From contig JAAOMT010000328.1 in NCBI GenBank assembly GCA_016748015.1, positions 698,955 to 762,954 on the forward strand: a DNA stretch of 64,000 nucleotides, in the 5' to 3' direction. Both the position numbers and the translations under genes were made by a program. This document shows, one piece after another, positions 10,960 through 22,555 of this stretch. The number at the start of each line of letters is the position of its first letter. Position 1 is the stretch's first letter. The notes under the pieces are model-generated. The model made no database searches and was not told the DNA's origin. It saw nothing but the letters and a program-made list of their open reading frames with translations. The stretch is from Geosiphon pyriformis uo1. Lineage: Eukaryota > Fungi > Glomeromycota.

Positions 10960-11600
10960 GGCAGGGGAATGCTAAAAGCATAGCATTCTAAACACCATTG
11001 GTCATCACAAGACATGATGCATTCTTCACATAATTGAATGTTCATTTGCTCTAATTGTTGAATTTGAGCTTCTTTGATCAGATATGTGTGGCTTGCAATT
11101 TGGTGATATGTTTCTGCTTTATCTTCATAATCAAATTTAGCTAATTCTATGGTATACTTAATGTATTTAGCTTCTTTCATTTGATAGACATCTTCTTGAG
11201 TAACTTTATTGATCAATGCCATTGCTAGGTCAAAAATCATTTCAGCATTATGAGGGTAGTGGTAAAGTTTATTGAGAGCACTGTTGTATGCTGCATCAAA
11301 TAGTGTTCCTCTTCTGACTTTTTTCGAAATTAATAGAGCATATTGACAGGTTTAATTACATACTTCTTCTCTCATTGCAACATCAATCCAGTTGTATTCT
11401 TCTGATAACATATTTCCACATGTAAGACAAGGTGTGTTGTCCTATTTTCCACTTTTTTTTGGAGATCCAAATCATTCTCTATGGCATGCTTTGCAAAAAT
11501 AACAGGTACAAGTTTCATATTCTTCTTCTGGAAAAATACATGCTTCTATTGATGAAAGTTTTTTGTTGCAATCTTTGCATTTGAGTGGAATATAGGGTGG
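10960..11600 (-). pseudogene. Cys-rich multi-zinc-finger-like domain of element B pol
   Basis: CKDC, CKAC, CLTC, C..TC and CEECIMSCDDQWCLEC clusters between protease and dUTPase. Confidence 0.75.
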
Positions 11601-11852
11601 TTGTTTCCGTGGTTCTGGTGTAGAATATCTAACTTTCTTCCATTTTCTTGATTCTTCAAAAATCTTCTGTTCTGTTTCTTCAGCCCAATTGGATGTTGAT
11701 CCAAGAGCCATGTAGATTTCAGTAAGTGGCATTTCTTTCTCCTCTTTAAATTCAAATACTGGGGCTTTTTCTGATCATTTGTTAAAAGTACCACAAGTAG
11801 CAAGTACTATGGTGTATTGTTCTTGGTATAAGATTTTAAGTTCTTGAGTTTC

Positions 11853-14240
11853 TCAGTTTAGGTTTGCATTGGCCTTGAGAAGCCAATCATTTCTAACTAG
11901 AGCTTGGTATTGGGGTGCATCTATAACAAGAACTTTAACTGAAATGGTGATTTTATCAATTGTAAAGAGGAAATCATCAATTTTTCCTACTGGAGTCTTC
12001 TTTATACCATCAGCTGTGACAATAACTGTTTGAGCTGGTCTGTCTACGTTTCGTTTGAGTTGTTGCATCAGCTGGTAAGTGATGATACTTCCAGCCAATC
12101 CACTATCTAAAATTAAGTGAATGGGTTTTCTTTCTACTGTAGCTTCTGTATACATAGCAGTAATTGCTTTCTGTTCATTGACTGCTGCATTACTAAGCAG
12201 AAATGGTGATTCATTTGCTTCAAATTCAAATGGAAATATATCTGACAGATTGGCATTTTGGGCAATTTGAGCTGGTAGAATGGTGTGGTTGAAAGGATTT
12301 GATCTTGGTGCTGCAATTTCATCTTCAGAAAGTGCAGTTTGTTAAAAATCCGATTCCTCTGGTATTGTAAGATAATTGGGTTGAGTATGATAGTAATTGG
12401 GTCTTTGCTGACCAGAATTTTGGAGAACCAACTGGTTATTTGGATTGATTCTGTTGTTGTTACTCTGCAATTGATTTTGGGATGTGGATTGGTTATGTTG
12501 AACCAATCTTCTTGCTGGTACTTGATATTGTTGAGTGGGTGGTATCTGATATGGCTGAATTGGTAAAGATTGCTGATATTATTGCTGCATTGGTTGTGGA
12601 GCTGGTGGATAGTAACTGTTTTGATTTTGTGGTCTTGGTAAATAATAGGTTGGTGGTGGAGATTGGTAATAAGATTGTTGTGGTGAAGAGTAACATTGAT
12701 TACTCCTGTTTTGTTGGTCTCTTTGTAATTTCTTACAATCTCGTTTCCAGTGTTCTGGAATTCCACAATAATGACAATTTTGAGGTTGGTTGTTGGATAG
12801 TGATCCAAAATTGTTTTGGTTGTGTCATTGTGAGGGTTAATATCTTTGTGGTTGTTGTTGCTGTTGTTGTTGGTTTGTGAAGTAGCTTTCAACCTTTTTT
12901 GTGAGTTGGTATATCTTCTTTTCAGCTGCTAAGCTGGTTTTTCCAATAGCCAAGTTAACAAGTTTGGTGTGGTTTGCTTCTTTCATAGCCATTTTATAAT
13001 TCTTTGCATGTCTAATAGCAGTTGCTAAGTCTGCTGGAGCATGTGGGCAGACTTTCTTAATCAGTTTGTTTTTTAACCCTGCTATAAACTGATCCAGAAT
13101 TTGAGTATTAGAATAATAGTTATTGGTTTCCAATTGTCAGATTTGTTTGAGAAGTTTGTTGAATCTTTCAAGATAGGTCATAACAGTTTCAAATGTTTCT
13201 TGTTTGATATTGTGAAAGCGGTTTCTGAGAGTAATAGAAGTATTGTTGTTGGTGAATTGTTGTAGAAAAGCATCTTTGAATGCTTGCCAGTTTTCAAATG
13301 GTTCTTCTAAGTTTTCAAACCATTCTCCTGCAGTTCCTTGGAGAAAGTATGGAATTGCTTTGAGCATTCTTGCTGCATTCCAACCATTTGCATCTTCTGC
13401 TTTTTGAACTTTGTCAAGCCATTCTTGAGGACTGGTATCATTATCTTTACCAGTGAATTCTGGAATCTTTGCAATGTAAGCAGTTGCCATTTTCTCTTCG
13501 TTTTCTGTGGCTTTTTTTTGTTCTGATTCAGTTTTTTCACTTTTCAAATTTTTTGAATGATCACTTTCATTTTCCTGCAAGTATTCAATAATATTGGTGC
13601 TTGTTGATATAGGTTCCTGCTGTTAAGTAGGATTTCTAGGTGACTGAAAATCTTCTGGTCTGGAGAAATGGTTAAGTAGTGAATTTGGTGTTTGTGGTTA
13701 AGTAAGTGAAATTGGAAATGGTGTAATAGAAAGTGGTAATTTGACACTGGTTCCTTGTTCAGGTGTTTGCAAGTGTTTGGCAGTTGTCTTTGGTAGTATT
13801 GGAGTGTTTGGAGCAGTTTTTGAGTGTTGTTTCACTTTTTGTTTGCTTTTGTTATCTGTTTCTGTTTCTGATTCAAAGTCAAAAGAGTATTTAGACTGTA
13901 CTGGGTATTTTTCTTCACAATACTTGATAATGTTGTAATTGAGTTCTTGAAAGTAGATGGCAAGTGTTTCACTGTTAAGGTCTTTAGTTCTCAATCGTAA
14001 ATAGTGTACTAGATTATTGTAGAGGTTGCTTCTCACTTCTGAAATGTTGTAATTTCCAAGAAGATAATTGTTGATACAGTTTTCAATGTATTGGTAAAGT
14101 GTTCTTTCAACAATTTCAATTCCATCTGGGATGTTGAATCTCTGCTTGCAATGGGTGTAAATTAACTGGTAATATTCTAGAGTTGTTGTGTCTGGTGTAG
14201 TCACTACTTTGAAGTTTGTTGTTTACTGTGTTATTTCCAT
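11853..14240 (-). pseudogene. gag and aspartic protease of element B
   Basis: Capsid-like IAKIPEFTG..QEWL..ANGWN..AIPYFLQGTAGEWF. CCHC knuckle CHYCGIPEHWKRDC at ~12737-12778. Protease LILDSG at ~12100-12120. Confidence 0.92.
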
Positions 14241-14252
14241 GAAAGAGCACCA
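14237..14252 (-). promoter_or_regulatory. Primer-binding site of element B
   Basis: TGGTGCTCTTTCATGG, 2 nt after the 5' LTR. Complementary to a tRNA ending ...GAGCACCA (Ile-UAU or elongator Met type; not resolved). Confidence 0.8.
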
Positions 14253-14254
14253 AA

Positions 14255-15265
14255 TGTTACCAGAGGTTTTTGGTCTCTTTTTTTGAATGTTGTAACTGTC
14301 TGTTGATTGCAAATTCACGTTTTCTAGAAGTAGTTGAACCTCCAATAACTGAATTTATCTTCAAATTATCTTCTATAATTTGAACTGTTGGGCTTATAAG
14401 TGGAATGGCCAATTCCTTGCCAGTTACTTTATGTAGTTATATTGTAGTAAACGTTAACTCTTTCTCAGAAATTGCTCGTCTAGAAGCTCACTAAAAATGT
14501 GTAGTTACTTTGCTGTGAAAGTCAATTCTTTTACAGGAATCTCATCTGTAGGCTATCCTAATGATTGTAATAAGAAAAGAAAAGAAAAATAAAAGAAATG
14601 TAAAAGAAATTGAATTCTGTCAAGAGAAACGTTTTCTATCCAGGCCTGGAGTCACTAACAGTTTACTGAAATTGGTAGCTAATCAATTTCAAAATGTTAG
14701 TTGAGTTTTGGGGATTTTCCAAGTGCAATAATTAAAAAATTTGGTTTTTCAAATTATTTGATATTTATTTCTTTTTGTGTGTGTAAGAATGGTTCTAAGT
14801 GATAAATCTAAAGTAAGATACATTTTCTTGAAGAAAAAAGCTCTTCTTTTATACAACTTGTTGTAGTACTAGTCTATAAACTTGCACTTTTTCTCTTTGC
14901 TCAAATTTCGGCAAACTAAGGATACATTTTGATGGACTACAAGTTATTTTGCTGAACTATTGGTTAATTTGGGTAAACTATTCATAATTTCAGCGAATTT
15001 CTATGAATTTCGGTGAATTTCTTATAAATTTCGACGAATTTCTGTAAATTTTGGCAAACTTTTGAATGTTACAAAGTTCAGGGTATTGTGTAATTTGATC
15101 ATCCTACTTTTTGTTATACTAATTAGATTATTTAATTAAATCATGATATGTGATAATTGATTAAATAATAAATGATAATTTGAAATGATATTAATATACT
15201 AATTAATTATAAGAATTATAAGGGTAATTTCATGCTAATTAATAACTAAAATTCTACTGGTAACA
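14255..15265 (-). repeat. 5' LTR of element B
   Basis: Intact TGTTACCAG...CTGGTAACA inverted termini. Direct repeat of 5306-6296. Confidence 0.95.
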
Positions 15266-18200
15266 ATGCTCAGCAGTAGAATTTGGTCACTGTTGAGTAT
15301 TCTTCATCATTGCCACAGCATGTGCCTATTAATAACAATTTCTTGTTGTAATCGATGCATTTTAGCTTTGGTCAACAATAGTGGGACTGTGGTAACATGG
15401 TATAAGTATATGGTTTATCAATAGTATTGGTTGAGACCATTTTTTTTTCTCTTGCTTTTTCTTTTTCTTTGTTATTCTTTTTCCATTCCCAAGTTTGTGA
15501 TAACTTTTAATAGTCATTGTTAGCCCACAAAGTTTGGTTGGTATTTCAGATAAGTTTTTCTTTTTGTTTTTTTTTCCTGCTATTGTCCCACGACAGTATT
15601 GGTGGCAGCTCATTGTGGTTTTCTTTAGCCCACAAGACTTAATATGCTTCTCAAGTTGGTTTTGACTTCTCTTTCTCAACATCAATTAAGAATGGTAACA
15701 TGATATTGCTGGATTTGAAATGGCCAAATGTTGCTGGTACTTATGTGTATTGGCTGTTCTGATTTATTTACAGCTTTTGGGTGGTTTAGTCAAGTGTCAC
15801 ATTGGTTTTTAATAGCCAGTTATTATTAACTAGAGCTTGGTATTGAGTGGCTTTTATTACCAGAACTTTGATTGATATTATAATACCATCAATTTCTATA
15901 AGAAGATTATTTATTTCACCAATTGGAGTCTTGGTGATTCCATCAGCTGTAATTATTCTTGTACTGGCAGCTTGATCAACTTGGCGACCTAATTGGTCCA
16001 TGAGCTGTCTTGTAATAATGCTGTCAGCTGACCCACTGTCTAAAATCAGTTTGATGGAATGGCCATTAATTTTAGCATCAGTATACATGGTGGTAATTGG
16101 TTTTTTTTTAAGTATGGCTCCACTGAACAATGGCATGGATGACAGTTTTTTGAATTCAAATGAGAAGATAGCTGCAAGTAATTTGTCATTAGTGATAGTG
16201 ACTGATGGGATATTGTTGGTAAGATTTTTCTGGTTTGTTTCTAAGTTGTTGGATGAAGCATCTTCTGGAGTAATTAGGAGACTTAAATAGTTCTGAGAAC
16301 TCAGGTTTTGGTTATATCTGGTTCTTAAACTCTGTTGGGATGATTTCAAAGATTGGTTAAATGAACTGGGGATCAGTTGGTAAACTATCATTGTCAATCT
16401 TCAGCTTTGTTGTGTCATTCTTGGCCTGTGGGTTTCATTTGGAGATAAGTTTTGAGGTGAATTTGAATTTGTTGGGGTTGATAGATTATAGATGGCTGTG
16501 GTTGATATATTATTTATGGCTGTGGTTGATAAATTAGAGCTTTATATACTGATAGTTGATAGATTGGCTGCTGCATCATTGGCAGGTAAGTAGATTGATA
16601 TTGATCTTGATTTGAGTGATGGTTTGGGGTCTGAAATCTGTGATCGGGATTTCTGTATTGATTTTCCAATTGTGGATTGCTATAAGAATGGCAGTTGACT
16701 TGGATATGGCCTTGTTTATCACAGTTGTAACAGACACATGTCTCAGGGTGCCATGGCTGATTTGATGATGATAATAGATGTGACTGATTTTGGAAACAAG
16801 TTATATTTTCTACATTATTGCGTTATTGTGGTGGCTGATAAATTGTGTGATTGTTAGCTAAGTATTTCTCTAATTTCTGATTGATTGAATCACTGAATTA
16901 CTTCAATTTGGAATCCAATTCAGATGATTCATTCATCACTAGATTAACAGCTTGGACATGGTTAGCTTCGAGTTCAGTAGCTTCAAAGTCTCTGGTATTG
17001 TTAACTGCAGCTTGGAGGTTTGCTGGGTGTAATAAACATATGCATTGGAGGATGCTACTATGCAATTCTCTAATAAATTAATTCAAAATTTGTGGTGCTG
17101 TAAAATAATCAGCTTGGATTGCCTGAATTTGGCACAGGTTTCTGTAAAAGCATTCTAAGTATGTAGTGATGGCTTCAACTTCTCTTTGTTTAATAATAGT
17201 GAAGGTATTGGCTAATTGGTTAATGCTATTGTTGTTGCTAAAATACCTTAAAAACTCTGTTTTAAGTACATTAAAAGGTGACAGGCTTGTTGATCAAGCT
17301 TTGATACCATGAATTAGTGGTATCTTAAAGAAAGTATGGGATGGCTTGCATAACTTTGTCATCATTCCATCTATTAGCTGCAATGGTTTTTTGCACATCA
17401 TTTAGCCATACTTGGACATCATCCTCTTCGCCAGTAAATTTTTCAAGTTTTGCAATTGGTGTGTATGCCATTGAATCTAAGTTGGATTGTTGTGGTAGTT
17501 GAAGTGGCTGTTGTAATGGTTGCTGTAGTGGTATTTGTTACTGTTAAATTGGTTCAACTGGTGGCTGATTAATGACAATTACTAAAGATAAGTTTTGCTG
17601 ATTAATTAACTTGGGATTTGAATTGTCCTAATTTGGTGGTGCTTGAATATTCGGAGTTCTGATTTCCAGATTTTCCAAGTTTAGATTTTGCTGATTTTGA
17701 AGATTTGGGGTTTCAACTTTTGGGTTTTTGGAGATCAGGTTTTGGTAAGTAAATTCTTAATCTTCAGATTCTTCTTCCTTTTCTTCCTGTTCTCTTTCTT
17801 ATTCCATTATTTCCCAAGGACTCATGGTTCCGAAATCTGGTTGGGGTGACAGGAATTGAAGTTCTGATGGCATTGACAATCATAACTTAAATCCTTTAAA
17901 ATATGTGTCATATGGTTCTAAAAGATCTTCTTTTCTTTGTTTACTTTGAAATAGAAATTATCCAAATGTTAATGTGAATGTGCCTGATGATGTGATGTTA
18001 ATGGCACTTTCTGGTATATAGTGATATGATGGATTTGTTGGTAATTCTATTCTTGTTTTCTTCCAAGTTGGTAGTTGTATTCTTTTAGGTGTTACTGCTA
18101 GTGTTTGTAACCTTCTTTTGTTTTTGTTTGTATAGGTAATAGGGAATTGTTGTTGAGTATATTTTTCAATAGTTTGGTTAATTTCCTTGATGATTGGTGT

Positions 18201-18480
18201 GAAGCTGTGGTTTTTTGGTAAGCTGGTGTGTTGAAATAATTCTGTATAAAAGTTTTCTCTTGCTAATTTAATGTTAATTGTTCCTTCTAAGCAGTTTGTA
18301 ATTTTATTGTTGATGTAGAAATTGAAGGCTGATTTTACTGGGAAATGGTTATTGTTTAATCCTAATTGTTGGCTGTACTGTTGAAACAAAGATTTGGCAA
18401 ATTTTAAATGGTTTGCTCCTATGTTTTCTGGTTTTGCCACTTTTGAATGATTGCTATTGGTGCTGGTTCTCTGTAGAATT
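15266..18480 (-). pseudogene. gag, protease and start of the Cys-rich domain of element A
   Basis: MAYTPIAKLEKFTGEEDD capsid start at ~17470. Knuckle CYNCDKQGHIQVNC at ~16690-16735. Protease LILDSGS at ~16030-16050. Confidence 0.9.
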
Positions 18481-18483
18481 ATA

Positions 18484-18500
18484 CTTCACAGGGAGCACTA
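18484..18500 (-). promoter_or_regulatory. Primer-binding site of element A (TGG eroded to TAG)
   Basis: TAGTGCTCCCTGTGAAG, 2 nt after the 5' LTR. Same GTGCTC core as the PBS of B. Confidence 0.75.
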
Positions 18501-18502
18501 AA

Positions 18503-19362
18503 TGTTACAAGTGATTATTTGGGATCTCAAGTCAAATAACAAATCTGTAACTTGGTGCTCAGTTAATTTCTTGATAATAGTTTTTGATGATTTTGGGTGA
18601 TCTAAAGGTTTTGAGTTGGAGTTTTTTATATAATAGACAGAAATTCAATAGTTGTTTCAATAGCCTTCTGGAATTGCAATTCCATCAATTTTTTTCTTGG
18701 CTTGGTGGCCAGCAATCCTCTGGTAAGTAATCTGTAATTCTGTACATGCTCTATCTACTTACAGGGGTTTTTTACCAGACAATCCTTGATGTCAATAATT
18801 CAGCACTTAATTCTTTAATCAATTTTAGTAAACAACAAAAGAAATAACAAAATAAAAGAATAAAAGAAAACAAAAAAAATTAAAGAAATAAGCCAAAACG
18901 TTTGTAAGTTAGTATTTTGTCAATAGCCATGATCAAGAGCTATTATTCCAGTGTGATTAAGTATGAATTATTATCAACATAAAGTGTTGATAGTGGAAAG
19001 TGGATTGAGATAGTAAATAATTATTTATTGATATTTGTAATGTAAAAGGTTGCTTAGATCAAATATAAACTAAGAGGTCTGTCTTTTTCTACTTCTAACA
19101 CTACCACTATATATACATAATTGAGATTCCTTAATTCCTCAATTCTTTATATCAGAAATCCTGAGATTTCTGGAATCCTGCAATTTCTTTTGAGAGGAAT
19201 CCTGGAATTCTGAAATTCTGCAATTCTTTTGTATAAGAATCCTGAAATTTTTGGAATTCTGCAATTCCTCTTGAGAAAAATCCTGGAATTCCATATTTAC
19301 TATGGTTACTTTTGATTGGCTAATTTATATGCTAATATATTTTCTATATTCTATGAGTAACA
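18503..19362 (-). repeat. 5' LTR of element A
   Basis: TGTTAC...GTAACA termini. Direct repeat of 1635-2494. Confidence 0.95.
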
Positions 19363-19366
19363 ATAG

Positions 19367-19970
19367 TTTTATTTGCAACTTAAATTTGTTTGCTTATTAG
19401 AATTTGTTAAATTAGTGTTTTTTTTTGTTGAAAATTTTTAATCAATATAACTTTGGTTTTATCTGTAGTTTTTTAATTATTAGCTTCATGTGTTTTTAAT
19501 ATAAGTTTGTACACAGTTTTGTGTAAAAAATTTGTGTTTAAAAATTAGTTAAAGAAGACCAAAACTTTTTTTAGAAATGTTAATTTTGCTGTATTTATGT
19601 TAATTAAATTTGTTTAAAATTTGGTTATTAACCATAAGAAATAGATTTAGATGTCTAATTTAAAGCTTCAAATTAATATAGATCATAAAACTTTATTAGA
19701 TAAAGATAGTTTCTTGTTTGATGTTATTTACAGTTTTTCTGTTAAAATTTTAAATAATATTATTTAATTGTTAGAAATTAAGAAGAGTTATATTATTAGT
19801 TTTGATTCAAAGATAAGTTATTTGTTTTTTATAAGTACAGTTAAAGAAGTTCTATTTAAAATAATTATATAGTGTAGTTTTAATTGGTTAGATTATTGGT
19901 TATATGTAGTAAATATATGAATTATATTTAATTTAAAATTCTAAATAATTGTATTATATTAAATAATAAT
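19367..19970 (+). mobile_element. LINE ORF2 C-terminus and 3' UTR, part 2 (continuation of 1455-1634)
   Basis: Degraded match to the LINE end at 28130-28750, including the TAGTG...TGGTTATATGTAG tail and (AAT)n. Confidence 0.7.
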
Positions 19971-20269
19971 TAAATCTTATTTGTAATTGTAATTAAAAAA
20001 AATAACTAAATATAATATTCAAATTATATAATATTTTAAACTATTTAATATTTAGAAATTTGTTAAAATTAATTATTAAAATAATTTATAATTTACTAAA
20101 ATATATATTTAATTTATTAAGATTAACAAAAAAAATATTAAAACTTAAAATAATATTATAATAAGTTATATAAAAAAAAGCTTTTTTTTTAAAAGAATAT
20201 ATATTATTTTAGATTTAAAACATTAATTAATTAATTATAAACAAATTAATAAAATAAAAAATAAATAAA

Positions 20270-22555
20270 TAAAAGACTCTTTGTCTCCTTAATTTTATGA
20301 CCACGACCAGAGCAAAGAGTAAAAAAGCTGCACCTAATATCTGTTCTGAGATATCTAATAAAATTTCAACCAGAGGAGCTCTCTCTGTTGTAGAAGCAAC
20401 TAGACAAAATGTTTTAGAAGCCTTCTCTTTACCCAGTAATCGTGAAAAGCTGCCTTTGGTGGCCACTGAATCAACTTCCTCATCTTTGACTGGTTTTTTA
20501 CCAGTCAAAGTTTCCTCAAAGAGACACATTTGGGTTAGTCCCAGTGTTGCCTCCACTCCGACTAAGAGCCCAAAAGTTTTTAATAATAGACCAGTAAATA
20601 AGTTGGTCTTCCCCTCTATAGATTCAACACCTGGTGCTTCTGGCACCACCTCTTCAAAAAAAATGGTCAAAAAGACCAAAAGTTCAGAAAAGTGGGGGCA
20701 GTCGCTTGCCTCTGCTATTGTTACACTGAACCCCTTTGTGGTTCCCAATGAAATCTTAGATAAGATCTCTGTAGTATTATCCAGCACGTCATTTAAGATG
20801 GGCCAAGATCAACCACTAGCTGTGTTGCCAAATGTGGTGTCTTTTGGCAGATCATCGCCAGTTTTAGAAGCAAAACAATCTTTTTCTGTTGAGTTATCTG
20901 TTCTTAGGAACTGGGCTGATCAAATGGAAACTGATTTATCTCCTCCTCTAGTTTCTGGTACTGCTTCTGGTGGTGCTTGGGAAACTATTACTAGTTGTCA
21001 AAGGTTTGCTGGGTGGGTGGCCTCTACTTTAGTGCCTGGTGCTACTTTTAAGATCAAATTGGCTCATGTTAAGGCTGTTTTTCAGTCTGTGCATGGTTTT
21101 TTGGATGCTAAATCTGTTTCAAAAGACAATGTGAAGCTTTTCTGTGTGGAGTTTGCTTCTTAGCAATCTTTGGAAGCTGCATTTCTGGTTGAGCTTACAA
21201 GCTCTGTTCGTTTGGCCACTCTCAAAATTGCCAAGTCTTTGGTAGTTTCTGAATCTGGTTCCTCTCCTGCTGCTGTTGTGCTACATGATGTGTCTTTGGG
21301 TGTGTCTGCTGCTGATGTTAAGTTGGCTCTCAGTGTGTTTGGTAGTGTCACTTGTGTTGTGCTGAAGCCTGCTGGCATTTGGCAGTATGTAGTAGTTTAT
21401 TTTGAAAAGTTGGACTCTGCTGTGTCTGCCTTGAAGCATTGATCAGTCTTGATGGGCAAAGATAGTGTTAAAATTCTCCCTCTGGTGAATCAAAATGAGA
21501 CTATTTTGTCTTGTGATAAGTTTAAGGCCAAATTGGTCAACCTTTCCCCTGGCTGTACTGCCTTTGAAATCAGTGATATGATTTCTCAGATTGGTGGTCG
21601 AACATGTTTTATCTCTCGTTCTCCTGATTCTAGTCGTCGTTCCTAGTTTGCTTTGGTTATATTTGACTCTCAAGATGATTTGGATTCTGCTGTAATCAAG
21701 ACTGGTACTCTAAGGAAATGCTGTATCTAATGGGAAACTCCTGGCTTCCGGCGCTGCTTTAGATGTCAAAAAATAGGCTATCTGGCCGCAGATTGCAAGA
21801 TTTCTTCACCTTCCACTCCCAAGGTTTTCAAGTCTTGTTTTGTGGGTTCTGCTTCATATGCCAAGACTGCTGCTCTTTCTGGTCTTTTTGAGTTTCCTCC
21901 TTTAGTGGCTTTTTCAGCTTCTGCTGCTGATCCTGCTGTTAGTTTCAGGTTGGACTCTTTGGAAAAGCAGATTTCGGATTTGGCTGCTCTGGTTAAGTCT
22001 ATTGTTGAGCCTGTTGGTTTTTTGGTTGCTTTGGTGTCTCATTTTCTTGATAATAATGCTATTAAGACTGTTCAGGTTGAGAAAGATATTGTTTCCATGA
22101 AAAGCACTGCTAACAATTTTGCTAACCTTATGGTTGGAGTTTCTAAAGACATTGCTTGTCTTAGATCTGAGGTTGACTTTGGTAATATGGATTATGATGG
22201 TGTTTTGGCTGCTAAGCCTTCCTTTTTAAGTGAAGACACTATTGAGCATGTTATTGCTTTGTGGCAAATGTTTGGTGCTAAAACCAAGGGCAATATTAAG
22301 TCTACTAGATTGTTTCTTAGTGAGTTTATTTTTGATTCTAGAAATCTAAATGGTATCATAAAGAGAATTTGTGGGTTGGAGTTATTCTCACCTACTTTTG
22401 ATTCAGCATAGTGAGTTTTTGATTGGGCCGAATGTCTGATCACATGTAGAAAACACATGATTTACGCCTAATGTAATCCCTTCTGTGGTATCATAGTTTA
22501 GGTAGTATTTGGGTTTCACTCATTAAAAAAATAAAAAAAATAAAAAAAAAATAAA
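20270..22555 (+). mobile_element. ORF1-only non-autonomous non-LTR element with LINE-type 3' tail and A-rich end
   Basis: One reading frame 20297-22411 with a few point stops: RRM-like blocks, CFRCQKIGYLAADC knuckle, coiled coil. No ORF2. 22409-22525 aligns with the LINE 3' UTR at 28133-28252. Confidence 0.8.

Larger units (their letters stand above)
5306..15265 (-). mobile_element. Full-length decayed Gypsy element B (gag-PR-Zn domain-dUTPase-RT-RNaseH-INT-ORF3), nested in element A
   Basis: LTRs 5306-6296 and 14255-15265, PBS TGGTGCTCTTTC, PPT GAGGAGGAG at ~6301-6312, RT-RH-INT order. TSD ACAC/ATGC (inferred ancestral ACGC). Confidence 0.95.
1635..19362 (-). mobile_element. Gypsy element A (gag-PR-Zn domain-dUTPase-[RT/RH deleted]-INT C-term-ORF3), interrupted by element B
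   Basis: Two 860-bp LTRs (1635-2494, 18503-19362), exact 4-bp TSD ATAG (1631-1634, 19363-19366), PBS next to the 5' LTR, PPT at ~2499-2509. Confidence 0.93.

Noticed and set aside
14400-14545. Repeated KELTFT peptide with synonymous-looking changes inside the B LTR
   Set aside because: The two copies are 68 bp apart (out of frame) and both are followed by TAA in both LTRs; insufficient evidence for coding.
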